A DNA stretch of 64,000 bases from an uncultured Bacteroidales bacterium (lineage in GTDB: Bacteria; Bacteroidota; Bacteroidia; Bacteroidales; P3): positions 1,799 to 65,798 of the forward strand of contig CAJOFL010000019.1 in NCBI GenBank assembly GCA_905233895.1, in the 5' to 3' direction. How positions within the stretch are numbered: position 1 is the stretch's first letter; every line of letters starts with the position of its first letter. Positions 43,864 through 53,509 of this stretch are shown here, one piece after another. A model generated the notes under the pieces. It was not told the origin of the DNA, did not search any database, and worked only from the letters and a program-made list of their open reading frames with translations. The translations under genes were made by a program, and so were the position numbers.

Positions 43864-46800
43864 ATGAAAAAAAGTTTGATATTCACCATCCTGATTGCCA
43901 CCTGCCTGTGTGCGGTGGCGCAAAGGGAAACGACAGGGAGCCGCCAGCGCGACCTTTACAGGCAGGCGACCGACCTTTATCAGAAGCAGAAGTACGCTGC
44001 CGCACAGCAAATCTACGACCAGATAGTGGCCTCTGCTGCTGGGAATGCCGACCTCACCACTGCCGACGCCTGCTATTATGCCGCCGTCTGTTCTGAGAAG
44101 CTCGACAATGATGACGCCTACTACCGCCTGGAGGAGTTCCTGCGCCTGTATCCCCAGAGCAGCCGCGGCACGATGGCCCGTTTCTACTTGGGCAATTTCT
44201 ACTATTCCCGCGGTGACTACGACCGTGCACTTGAGTACTACCGTACTGTCGATGCCGCCGAGGTGGAGTTTGATCACCGTTCGGAGTATAACTTCAAGAT
44301 TGGCTATTGTTATTTCCAGAATGGCGAGACGGTCAAGGCTGCGCGCTATTTTTCGCAGCAGGTGGGCGGCCGTTCGAAGTATGCCTCCTCGTCGCTTTAC
44401 TACTATGCCCACATCCAGTATCAGAACGGTCAGTATGATTTGGCCCTCAAAAACTTCCAGGAGCTGAAGAAGGATCGTAAGTTTGCCAAGATTGCCCCGG
44501 CCTACATCGCCCGTATCTACTACTATCTTGGTCGCGACGACGAGTTTCTTGAGATGGCGCCGTCGCTGTTGAAGGATCACGATGCACTCAAACGCGACGA
44601 ACTTTACCGCATGATGGGCGAGATTTACTTCAACCGTGGCGAGTACAAGAAAGCCCTTGAGCAATACGAGCAGGTAGCCGCAAGCCAGTCGACTGCCGGC
44701 AATTGTACTCCGCAGGATATTGACTACCAAGTTGGTTACAGTTATTATATGGTTGGTCGCCATGCTGATGCCGCTCGCCATCTGGAGCGCAAAATCTCGT
44801 GCAACGACAGTGTTGCCCAAAGTGCTCTCTATGTACTTGGTGACTGCTATGTGGTTATGGGTCGCAAACGCGACGCCCGAAGCATGATGCTGCAGGCCTC
44901 GAAGATGGATTTCAACCCAGCCATCAAGGAGGACGCCCTCTTCAACTATGCCAAACTCAGTTGCGAACTCAACGAGAATGCCTACAATGAGAGTATCCGC
45001 TCAATGGAGAACTACCTCAAGAAGTATCCTAATTCGGTACATAAGACCGAGGTGCAGGAGATTCTCACGGGGCTTTATTGCTCTACCAACAACTACAAGG
45101 AGGCCATCCGCCTGCTGGAACAGATACCCGACCGCAATACTGAATTGGAGAATGCCTATCAGCGTGCCGTGCTTAACCGTGGTATAGAACTCAGCAACAG
45201 CGGCAAGAAACAGGAGGGTGCCGAGATGTATGCCAAGGCTGTTCAGATCAACGCCCTGCCCAAGGTTACTGCCGATGCCAACTATCTGCTTGGTGAATAC
45301 CAGTATTCTGTTGGCCAATATGACAAGGCAGAGAAGAGTCTTAACAAGATGCTTCTCTCGTCGTATAAGAACAGTTCATCCTATGCCAACAAGGCCCGCT
45401 ACACTTATGGTTACCTTCTTATGCGCGGTGCCCGTTACGACGAGGCCCAGTCGGCCTTCGAGGAGTTGAGCACTCGCTTGAATGGCAGCAAGGACAAGCA
45501 GGATCAGATGATACAGCGCGATGTTTGGAACCGTCTCGGCGACTGCCTCTATGTCCAGAGCAAGTTTGAGGAGGCCATCGGCCAGTACGACAAGGTTATC
45601 GCCGCAAAGGGCAAGGATGCCGACTATGCCACCTACCAGAAGGCCCTCGCCTATGGTGCGCAAGGCAAGAATGCTGATAAGCTTACCTACCTCAACTATA
45701 TCTTCGAGCGGTATGACAACTCGCCGCTTCGCTCCAAGGCTATGCTTGAGATTGCCAACACATATATGATGTGCGACAATAATGAGATGGCCATGACCTA
45801 CTATTCCAACTTCATCAAGCAGTATCCGCAGAGCGTATATGTCAAGACAGCGTTGCTAAATCAGGGCCTTATTTACTATAATACCGACCGTGACGACCAG
45901 GCGTTGAAGACTTTCGACAGGTTGCTCACCGAGTATCCCGGTACCGACGAGGCTCGTGACGCCCTCACTACCGTAAAGAACATCTATATAGCCCAGAACC
46001 GTGTGGATGACTACTTCAGCTACGTGAAGCGCACCACCAAAGTGACAATCTCCACCGTCGAGCAGGACAGCACCACCTTCCTTGCTGTAGAGGGGCGCTA
46101 CCAGGAGGGTGATTACGAGAATGCCGCCGCCGGGCTGGAGGGTTACCTCTCTAAGTTCCCCTCGGGGCTTTTTGCTGTTAAGGCACATTATCTTTTGGCC
46201 GATAGCTATTTCCGTCAGGGTCAGAACGACCGTGCCTTGCCGCATTATATTGCGGTGGCTTCGGCAGGTAAGAACCAGTATAGCGAGCGGTCGCTCTACA
46301 ATGCCGCAAATATAGCCTACAGTCTTGGTGAATTCACCCAGGCCGCCACGCTCTACCAGCGCCTCTGCGAAGGTGCCGAGAGCGACAACAGCCTGCTTCA
46401 GGGTGAAATAGGAGGTCTGCGCTGCGCAGCCGCTCTGCATCGTCACAGTGATGTGATGCAGGCCGGACACCGTCTACTTGACGAGCCCAAGGCTACACCA
46501 GAACTGAAGGATGAGGCCTATCTGGCCATGGCTCGCAGTTTCTTTGACAACGGGATGTCTGATAGCGCATTTGCCTACTACCTGCACTTGACTGGTTCGC
46601 CCAACGGTGAGTACAACGGCGAGGCCCGTTGTCGCCGTGCAGAGATTCTTATACGCCAGAACCGTTCGCAAGAGGCCGAAGCGATGATTGAGCAGATTGT
46701 CAGCGACGCCTCGTCCGACTACTGGCTGGCCTACAGTTTTATCCTTTGGGCCGACATATACTATTCCCGAGGCAATACTCTTCAAGCCAAGCAGACGCTC

Positions 46801-46932
46801 CAGAGCATCATTGAAAACTATGATGGTGAGGAATTGGTAAATGTGGCTCGCAGTAAGTATGAACTCATTGTGAGCGAGGAACAGCGTCAACAGCAGCCTG
46901 AAGAAGAGGAAGAAATAACCATAGAACTATAG
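43864..46932 (+). CDS. Large secreted tetratricopeptide-repeat protein (1022 aa)
   Basis: Signal peptide and many 34-aa TPR-like units (A..Y..A......Y..A...F) along the whole length. Confidence 0.8.
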   Translation: MKKSLIFTILIATCLCAVAQRETTGSRQRDLYRQATDLYQKQKYAAAQQIYDQIVASAAGNADLTTADACYYAAVCSEKLDNDDAYYRLEEFLRLYPQSSRGTMARFYLGNFYYSRGDYDRALEYYRTVDAAEVEFDHRSEYNFKIGYCYFQNGETVKAARYFSQQVGGRSKYASSSLYYYAHIQYQNGQYDLALKNFQELKKDRKFAKIAPAYIARIYYYLGRDDEFLEMAPSLLKDHDALKRDELYRMMGEIYFNRGEYKKALEQYEQVAASQSTAGNCTPQDIDYQVGYSYYMVGRHADAARHLERKISCNDSVAQSALYVLGDCYVVMGRKRDARSMMLQASKMDFNPAIKEDALFNYAKLSCELNENAYNESIRSMENYLKKYPNSVHKTEVQEILTGLYCSTNNYKEAIRLLEQIPDRNTELENAYQRAVLNRGIELSNSGKKQEGAEMYAKAVQINALPKVTADANYLLGEYQYSVGQYDKAEKSLNKMLLSSYKNSSSYANKARYTYGYLLMRGARYDEAQSAFEELSTRLNGSKDKQDQMIQRDVWNRLGDCLYVQSKFEEAIGQYDKVIAAKGKDADYATYQKALAYGAQGKNADKLTYLNYIFERYDNSPLRSKAMLEIANTYMMCDNNEMAMTYYSNFIKQYPQSVYVKTALLNQGLIYYNTDRDDQALKTFDRLLTEYPGTDEARDALTTVKNIYIAQNRVDDYFSYVKRTTKVTISTVEQDSTTFLAVEGRYQEGDYENAAAGLEGYLSKFPSGLFAVKAHYLLADSYFRQGQNDRALPHYIAVASAGKNQYSERSLYNAANIAYSLGEFTQAATLYQRLCEGAESDNSLLQGEIGGLRCAAALHRHSDVMQAGHRLLDEPKATPELKDEAYLAMARSFFDNGMSDSAFAYYLHLTGSPNGEYNGEARCRRAEILIRQNRSQEAEAMIEQIVSDASSDYWLAYSFILWADIYYSRGNTLQAKQTLQSIIENYDGEELVNVARSKYELIVSEEQRQQQPEEEEEITIEL

Positions 46933-46937
46933 CGAAA

Positions 46938-48788
46938 ATGAAAAAAACAAGCATATTCGTCGCCCTCGTGGCTTTTGCACCTTTTACGCTTTTGCAAGCT
47001 CAGAACGAGGGTGGGTATAACGAGAGTGTCGTCGTCAAGGGCTCTTACCGTCCGGTCATCGAACAGCAGACCAAACTAACTTTCCCGGCTGTTATCTCCG
47101 ACAGCCTTGGACAGTTGGAGCATGAGTTTAACTATAGTATTTCGCCGTCACGCATGAAGGCTCTTTACGAACCTTCTCGTATCAAGGCAGCCCGCATCAT
47201 TGGTGAGCCTGCCACCAAACTCTACAACAACTATTTGCGCCTTGGCTTTGGCAACTACTGGACGCCACTGGCCGACCTCTACTGGAGTTCGACGCGTGAC
47301 CGTAAGAAGACCTACGGCTTGCGCATCAATCATCTATCGTCGTGGGACAAGCTGTCTGCTGTCGGTTCCGAAGACATTCACGCCGAGGCCGCACGCAATT
47401 ACGGTGCAAACCACTTCGGCAACACCGGCGTGACATTTTTTGGCAAATACATCGTCGGGTCCAAACTCCAAATATCGTCCGATATCAGCTATGAGCATGA
47501 CCACAACTTATACTACGGTTTCAATGACAGCACGTTGCAGGCCGCTATGGGTTTGACGCGCGACAGTATCAAACTTGCAGACTATCTTGCCTCTTACAAC
47601 GTTGCACAATGGAATATCGGCATTCGCAACATGGAGCTTGACGCCAAAAAACTGGGCTATTCCGCCAATATTCACCTCGGCGACCTTTGGGGCGTGTGGG
47701 GAGAGAACGAATTCAACACCAACATTAACGGTGATATTCACTACGGCTTCAACATTATGAACCAGTACAAAGGTATCGCCTACCTGCACCTGGAGTGGGA
47801 ACACTACAGCAACATTACACCCGACGGCGAGCTGCCATTGGGATACGTCGGCACCGTACCACCGATGCCAATTGTTGCCGACACTGTTAATGGCGACATC
47901 GTCAAAATCAACCCATACGTCGACTTCATCTTCCGTGGCCTCCAGTTCCGCACAGGTCTCCTTGTAGGATGGAACGACTACCCTCACGGCGGAATAGATA
48001 AACGTACATATTTCTTTCCCGACATCACGGTCAGCAAGAAGCTGATGAAAGACAACCTTGTGTTGAGCATTGCCGCCGTGGGTGGCATCGATGCCAACAG
48101 CCTCAACAAGATGCGTCAGATAAACCCATATATCGAGCCAGATGCCTTTGGTGGTTCAACAATCCACTACGACTTCATCGGCCACGCCCGATGGAATATG
48201 AGCAAGAAGCTCGAAGCCAACGCAGAGGTGAGCTACAGCCTGCTGCGCAACGACCTGACCTTCTTCCTCACTCCAATGTACTCCCTCAACAATGTTTACG
48301 CTCCGTTATTCCTCGACGACAACCGCCTGACTGCCGGTGCCGACATCACCTTCGTCAACGACGAGATGATTACACTCCGTGCCGGTGGACATTACTATCT
48401 CTACAGTGTCATTGACAACAACAGTCCTGCATCTATCACAACCCAAATGCCATACCGCCCCAACTGGGACGCTCTTGTCGCAGCCGACCTGAACTACCAC
48501 AACAAGTGGTTCTTCCACCTCGAAGGACAGTTGCTGGGCAGCATGGTGGGTGCCGGTACACAGCTCAGCACCAGTGGTTCAACCATGGTGTTGGAAATCG
48601 TCAACACCGAGACCCTGCCTATGCGCTATGGTATCGCCGCCGAGATTGAGTACCGCCACAACCGCGCCCTCTCCTTCTTCCTGCGGGGCGACAACTTGGC
48701 TTTCCAACGCTACTGGCTTTGGAGCAACTACCCCTCGCAGCGTGGCCTAATCCTCGCTGGCCTCACCTACACGATACCGCATAAATGA
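46938..48788 (+). CDS. Putative outer-membrane beta-barrel protein (putative-porin-like)
   Basis: Signal peptide. Alternating aromatic/Gly beta-strand patterning across 616 aa. Lies after the TPR gene. The family call is from memory only. Confidence 0.5.
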   Translation: MKKTSIFVALVAFAPFTLLQAQNEGGYNESVVVKGSYRPVIEQQTKLTFPAVISDSLGQLEHEFNYSISPSRMKALYEPSRIKAARIIGEPATKLYNNYLRLGFGNYWTPLADLYWSSTRDRKKTYGLRINHLSSWDKLSAVGSEDIHAEAARNYGANHFGNTGVTFFGKYIVGSKLQISSDISYEHDHNLYYGFNDSTLQAAMGLTRDSIKLADYLASYNVAQWNIGIRNMELDAKKLGYSANIHLGDLWGVWGENEFNTNINGDIHYGFNIMNQYKGIAYLHLEWEHYSNITPDGELPLGYVGTVPPMPIVADTVNGDIVKINPYVDFIFRGLQFRTGLLVGWNDYPHGGIDKRTYFFPDITVSKKLMKDNLVLSIAAVGGIDANSLNKMRQINPYIEPDAFGGSTIHYDFIGHARWNMSKKLEANAEVSYSLLRNDLTFFLTPMYSLNNVYAPLFLDDNRLTAGADITFVNDEMITLRAGGHYYLYSVIDNNSPASITTQMPYRPNWDALVAADLNYHNKWFFHLEGQLLGSMVGAGTQLSTSGSTMVLEIVNTETLPMRYGIAAEIEYRHNRALSFFLRGDNLAFQRYWLWSNYPSQRGLILAGLTYTIPHK

Positions 48789-48804
48789 CGGACCAGTCCG
48801 TTTT

Positions 48805-50130
48805 ATGATTATGACCTATCAGGAAACATTGGACTTTATGTTCGCCCAGTTGCCGATGTACCACCGCATCGGCGCTGCGGCATATAAGGCTGATATTCAG
48901 CCTACCATAGACATGATGACCGCCCTTGGTAATCCTGAACGCAAATTCCGTAGCATCCATGTGGCCGGTACCAACGGCAAGGGCTCGGTGTCCCATTTCC
49001 TTGCCTCAATCCTCCAGGAGGCGGGGCTGAAGGTGGGCCTCTACACATCGCCCCATCTGGTCGACTTCCGCGAGCGTATCCGCATCAATGGAGAGATGAT
49101 TCCTGAGGAGGAGGTTACCAGTTTTGTAGCTACCCACTACCAGATGCTTACTACGCACTCGCTCTCTTTTTTCGAGATGACAGTGGGCATGGCTTTCGAC
49201 TTTTTTGCCCGCGAGAAGGTTGATATCGCCGTCATCGAGGTGGGTATGGGCGGAAGGTTGGATAGCACAAATGTTATTAATCCGTTACTTTCAATAATTA
49301 CCAATATTGGTCTGGACCACACGCAGTTCCTTGGCGATACTTTGGAGAAGATTGCTGGCGAGAAGGCCGGCATCATCAAGGATGGTGTTCCGGTGGTGAT
49401 CGGGGAGACTCAACCCGAGACGGCCCCCGTGTTCCTGCGTGTGGCGGAGGAGCACCATGCACCCATCACTTTCGCCGACCAACACTATGTTGTTGACGAC
49501 ATAAGTCGCTATACCACAGAACTTACTGGAGAGTATCAGAAGAAAAATATCGCTACCGTCCTCGAAGCTGTTGAGGTGCTTAAGAGTCTACAAGTCAATG
49601 AGTCAACGAGTCTACAAGTCGGCTCGATTTTCCGAAGTCTTGATGTCTTGTTGACTCCGACGGCTGTACGCCGCGGCCTGGCCTGTGTGGTCAGTAATAC
49701 CCACCTTCACGGGCGCTGGCAAAAGATAGGGGATAGTCCGCTTACTATCTGTGAGACAGCACATAATGAGCCGGGTATCCGTGCTATGCTGCAGGGGGTC
49801 AAAAACACTTCACACAAGGATTTGCACCTTATCTATGGCTGTGTGAACGACAAGGATTTCTGCCATATCCTCCAATTCCTCAACACTCAACTCTCGACCC
49901 TCAACTCCGACCTGAAATGGTATTTCAGTCAACCGTCGGTGCCTCGCGGCCTGCCGGTGACGGAACTTCAGATAGCGGCCAAGGAATTGGGTATCAACGG
50001 TGAATCGTTCCCGAATGTCAATGACGCGATAGCTGCCGCCCGTGCCGCCGCCCATCCGGATGATCTGGTACTGGTTACTGGCAGCATATTTCTCATTGCT
50101 GACGCACTGAACATTAACACAGAACATTAA
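48805..50130 (+). CDS. folC: Bifunctional folylpolyglutamate synthase / dihydrofolate synthase
   Basis: HVAGTNGKGS P-loop, a Mur-ligase middle domain, VTGSIFLIAD near the C-terminus. The start is ATG 48805 or 48811. Confidence 0.92.
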   Translation: MIMTYQETLDFMFAQLPMYHRIGAAAYKADIQPTIDMMTALGNPERKFRSIHVAGTNGKGSVSHFLASILQEAGLKVGLYTSPHLVDFRERIRINGEMIPEEEVTSFVATHYQMLTTHSLSFFEMTVGMAFDFFAREKVDIAVIEVGMGGRLDSTNVINPLLSIITNIGLDHTQFLGDTLEKIAGEKAGIIKDGVPVVIGETQPETAPVFLRVAEEHHAPITFADQHYVVDDISRYTTELTGEYQKKNIATVLEAVEVLKSLQVNESTSLQVGSIFRSLDVLLTPTAVRRGLACVVSNTHLHGRWQKIGDSPLTICETAHNEPGIRAMLQGVKNTSHKDLHLIYGCVNDKDFCHILQFLNTQLSTLNSDLKWYFSQPSVPRGLPVTELQIAAKELGINGESFPNVNDAIAAARAAAHPDDLVLVTGSIFLIADALNINTEH

Positions 50131-50157
50131 CACAGAACATTAAACCACTGAACACTG
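50109..50157. repeat. 13-bp tandem repeat GAACATTAACACA x2 plus degenerate copies, spanning the folC stop
   Basis: Read directly from the sequence. It encodes the folC tail LNINTEH and contains the TAA stop (50128-50130). Confidence 0.85.
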
Positions 50158-50164
50158 GAATAGT

Positions 50165-51193
50165 ATGCAAAAGATAACGCTTGGACGCAGCGGCCTTGTG
50201 GTGCCGCGCAACGGATTCGGCGCTCTCCCCATTCAGCGCATCCCAATGGACGATACCGTTCGCCTCGTCCGTCGTGCTCTTGATGGAGGCATGTATTATT
50301 TCGACACTGCTCGCTTCTATACTGACAGCGAGGAGAAACTCGGCGTGGCCCTCAAGGGTCGTCGCAAAGAGGTGATAATCAGCACTAAGACCGGTGCTAC
50401 CACCGCTGAGGGTTTCTGGCGCGACCTAGAGACCAGCCTCCGGCTGTTGCAAACTGACTATGTCGACCTCTATCAGTTCCATAATCCTGCTTTTTGCCCC
50501 AAGCCGGGTGATGGCAGCGGACTTTATGAGGCTATGCAAGAAGCTGTGTGTCAGGGTAAGGTGTTGCATATTGGTATAACTAACCACCGTCAGTTTGTGG
50601 CTCGGGAGGCTATTGAGAGCGGTTTGTATGAAACCCTTCAATATCCCTTTTCATATCTTGCCACAGATGCTGATATTGAAATAGTTGAGATGGCTCGTCG
50701 TGCAGATATGGGCTTCATTGCCATGAAGGGGCTCAGCGGCGGCCTTATCACCAATAGCGCCGCGGCCTATGCCTGGCTGGCCCAGTATGACCACGTGGCT
50801 CCCATTTGGGGTATCCAACGCGAGAAGGAACTCGACGAGTGGCTTTCGTATCAGGAAAATCCACCTCAACTGACGGATGAACTTCGTGCATTTATCGACC
50901 ACGACCGCAAAGAGTTGAGTGGTGATTTTTGCCGAGGCTGTGGCTACTGCCAGCCCTGTCCGGCGGGCATCCAGATACAGGATTGTAACCGCATGTCGCT
51001 CTTCCTCCGTCGCGCCCCCCATAGCGTTTACTTGACGGAAGAATGGCTCCACGAGATGGAGAAAATCGACGGCTGCCTGCACTGCAACCATTGCGTTGAG
51101 CATTGCCCCTATGGCCTTGATACACCCAATCTGCTTGTGCGTAACTATGAGGACTTCAAGCAGTTCTGGGCTAATAGAAATATTGCTGGCTGA
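50165..51193 (+). CDS. Aldo/keto reductase with a C-terminal Cys-rich Fe-S-type extension
   Basis: AKR N-terminus LGRSGLVVPRNGFGALPIQR and FDTARFYTDSEEKLG. C-terminal CRGCGYCQPCP and CLHCNHCVEHCP motifs. Confidence 0.82.
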   Translation: MQKITLGRSGLVVPRNGFGALPIQRIPMDDTVRLVRRALDGGMYYFDTARFYTDSEEKLGVALKGRRKEVIISTKTGATTAEGFWRDLETSLRLLQTDYVDLYQFHNPAFCPKPGDGSGLYEAMQEAVCQGKVLHIGITNHRQFVAREAIESGLYETLQYPFSYLATDADIEIVEMARRADMGFIAMKGLSGGLITNSAAAYAWLAQYDHVAPIWGIQREKELDEWLSYQENPPQLTDELRAFIDHDRKELSGDFCRGCGYCQPCPAGIQIQDCNRMSLFLRRAPHSVYLTEEWLHEMEKIDGCLHCNHCVEHCPYGLDTPNLLVRNYEDFKQFWANRNIAG

Positions 51194-51285
51194 TTTTGAT
51201 GCCAATTTTTTTCCGGGGGCAAAAAATGAAACTATGCAAACGGCGTTTGCTCCCCTAAAAGGTATTTTTGCCCTTGGTATAGGGT

Positions 51286-51378
51286 AGGCGTTGGTCAGGC
51301 GTTGATCAGGCGTTGATCAGGCGAAGGTGGGTCTAAATGTCTGGAATTCTTGTGGTTATGTTAATTTTAACATTATAA
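51286..51378 (+). repeat. Modular intergenic repeat, copy 5 (B-type tail). Core is 51286-51332.
   Basis: Unit order GGTC, GATC, GATC, then AGGCGAAGGTGGGTC. The tail GTTATGTTAATTTTAACATTATAA ends exactly at the trmO ATG. Confidence 0.85.
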
Positions 51379-52050
51379 ATGTCTGATTTGAAGCAGATTG
51401 CACATATTGAGTCACCCTTCGGTTCGAAGTTTGGTGTTCCTCGTCAGGCGGGTCTTGCTGCTGCTGGTGCTCGAGTGGTTTTCGAACCAGAATATCGCGT
51501 TGAAGAGGCCGTTCGAGGACTGGAAGAGTTTGACTATGTGTGGCTTATATGGCGGTTTCACCAAGCCGAACGTTCCGAGTGGTCTCCTACTGTCCGACCT
51601 CCGCGCTTGGGAGGCAATCAGCGGGTGGGGGTATTCGCCACCCGTAGTCCGTTTCGCCCTAATCCGTTGGGCCTCTCAGCGGTACGGTTGCTGCGCGTTG
51701 AGCATGACTCCCAGTTGGGACCGGTGCTTTACGTCGAAGGCGCAGACCTCGTCGACGGTACTCCGATTTTTGATATTAAGCCATATATCCCATACGCCGA
51801 TGCCCATTCAGATGCACGTTCTGGTTTCGCCCCCGATGCCCCGTGCCCTAAACTATCTGTGGATGACCCTGATGGAGTGACCCTCGAAATGCCGGACAAC
51901 CTACGTAAGGCGCTTTTTTCTGCCCTTGCACTTGACCCGCGCCCCAGTTATCAACATGATCCTCAACGCATTTACACTATGTCGTTCGCTGGCTGTGAAG
52001 TGTCGTTCAAGGTTGTTGGCGAAAGATTAATAATTGTTAAAAAATGTTAA
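51379..52050 (+). CDS. trmO: tRNA (t6A37-N6)-methyltransferase TrmO (TsaA/YaeB family)
   Basis: Motifs ESPFGSKFGVPRQ, RSPFRPNPLGLS and DGTPIFDIKPYIPY. Confidence 0.88.
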   Translation: MSDLKQIAHIESPFGSKFGVPRQAGLAAAGARVVFEPEYRVEEAVRGLEEFDYVWLIWRFHQAERSEWSPTVRPPRLGGNQRVGVFATRSPFRPNPLGLSAVRLLRVEHDSQLGPVLYVEGADLVDGTPIFDIKPYIPYADAHSDARSGFAPDAPCPKLSVDDPDGVTLEMPDNLRKALFSALALDPRPSYQHDPQRIYTMSFAGCEVSFKVVGERLIIVKKC

Positions 52051-52089
52051 CGCTGTAACAATTCGCCTGTTTTTGCGTCAAGTATAAAA

Positions 52090-52608
52090 ATGAGCATGGA
52101 TAATGCACAGATGGTGAAGGGTTGCCGCCGCCGCGACGCCAAAGCCCAGCGGGCTCTCTATGATGCTATGGCTCCGATGGTTACCGGTGTGTGTGTCCGT
52201 TATGCCAAGAGTCATGTAGAGGCCCAGGATATTGTGCAGGACGTGTTTATAAAGGTGTTTGAGCGGATAGCGACGCTCGGCGAAAGCGAGAGTCTCAAGT
52301 CGTGGGTCTACTCGTTGACGGTCAACACCTGTATTGACCACTGCCGAAAGCGGCGCAAGTGGCTGTCGTTCGACGATTTGGGTGCTGATGTACCAGCCGT
52401 GGACACCGACCCTTACGCCATGGATGATATCGTGACGGCCATGCAACAGTTGTCGCCGATGCTGCGTACGGTGTTCAACCTCTGTGACGTAGAGGGATAC
52501 ACACTTGACGAAGCTGCCGCCCGCCTCGAGAGTAACAATCTGGCAATCAGGGTGGCACTCTGTCGTGCTAGAGAAAGAATGAAGGAAATATTGACAAAAG
52601 AGATATGA
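52090..52608 (+). CDS. RNA polymerase ECF-type sigma-70 factor
   Basis: Region 2 (AQDIVQDVFIKVFERI...LKSWVYSLTVNTCIDH) and region 4 (VFNLCDVEGYTLDEAAARLESNNLAIRVALCRARERM). Confidence 0.9.
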   Translation: MSMDNAQMVKGCRRRDAKAQRALYDAMAPMVTGVCVRYAKSHVEAQDIVQDVFIKVFERIATLGESESLKSWVYSLTVNTCIDHCRKRRKWLSFDDLGADVPAVDTDPYAMDDIVTAMQQLSPMLRTVFNLCDVEGYTLDEAAARLESNNLAIRVALCRARERMKEILTKEI

Positions 52609-53411
52609 ACCTCAAAGACTATCAAGAAAAGCCTGCCGATGGGCTGTTTGAGAAAATCCAGCGCCGTATGGCCGTGCGCCGTGCGCTGAGCATGGGCGGT
52701 TTTGCCACAGCCATAGTCGTCGTTGTCGCTGCAACGTTGCTACTTCAGCCTCGCATTGAGGAGAATGAAGTGGCCGTTGGCACTCTGAGTAATGTGGAAC
52801 CCGTTGTTGATGTGCAGGTTGCCCCTGCCGTTGATTTGACATCTCCTGCCGCCGTTACTGTCGGCAATACTGATTCCGCTGTGCTTCAGCCGGTGGGTAC
52901 CGTTATTGCAATGCCAATTGATACCACCGCCGATGACCACGAATACCTCGCCGCCATGTTGCCGCAAGGGCTTCCCGAGGTTGCAAAACTGAACGAGGCT
53001 GCAGCAGAAGAGCAGAGTATGTCTACAAGTGTGTCTATTGGAACGGTCGACTCAGCTCCATCCACTGTGCCTGATGTAATCATACCTTCAACAAAAACAG
53101 ATAAGTCTGGTCAGCCCGTGCCGCATTACGACAATGTCATTTGGGCTCCAAATCTGATTGTTCCCGATGGCGATGTGGATGAAAACCGACGTTTTTCAAT
53201 TAAGGCGACTTCTGATATCTCCAACTTTAAGATACATATTTACAACCGTAACGGTCGTCGTATCTACCTCGCCACCGACCCCTCGTTTGCATGGGATGCC
53301 ACGATGGACGGAGTTCGCGTACCTCAGGGTGCCTACGTATGGGTTGCCACATTCCGTGATTCCGACGGCAATCCGCGTCAGGAACAGGGTACTGTAACAG
53401 TAATAAGATAG
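52605..53411 (+). CDS. Anti-sigma-like single-pass membrane protein ending in a T9SS type-B (gliding-motility) C-terminal domain
   Basis: ATGA overlap with the sigma gene. About 30 aa of cytoplasmic N-terminus, then TM segment FATAIVVVVAATLLL, then a low-complexity linker. C-terminus APNLIVPDGDVDENRRF...IHIYNRNGRRIY...WDATMDGVRVPQGAYVWV...GTVTVIR. Confidence 0.7.
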   Translation: MNLKDYQEKPADGLFEKIQRRMAVRRALSMGGFATAIVVVVAATLLLQPRIEENEVAVGTLSNVEPVVDVQVAPAVDLTSPAAVTVGNTDSAVLQPVGTVIAMPIDTTADDHEYLAAMLPQGLPEVAKLNEAAAEEQSMSTSVSIGTVDSAPSTVPDVIIPSTKTDKSGQPVPHYDNVIWAPNLIVPDGDVDENRRFSIKATSDISNFKIHIYNRNGRRIYLATDPSFAWDATMDGVRVPQGAYVWVATFRDSDGNPRQEQGTVTVIR

Positions 53412-53436
53412 AAATATATCATCCTACGTAAGGTTC

Positions 53437-53486
53437 AAAGGAACAGTGCGTTACTAGACGTGCTGTTCCTTTGTGTTATTTTTTAT
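53437..53486 (+). terminator. Rho-independent terminator
   Basis: 14-bp stem AAAGGAACAGTGCG / CGTGCTGTTCCTTT (two G-U pairs), 8-nt loop, T-rich tail. Confidence 0.75.
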
Positions 53487-53509
53487 ATTTATATATCAAA
53501 AGAAAGTCG

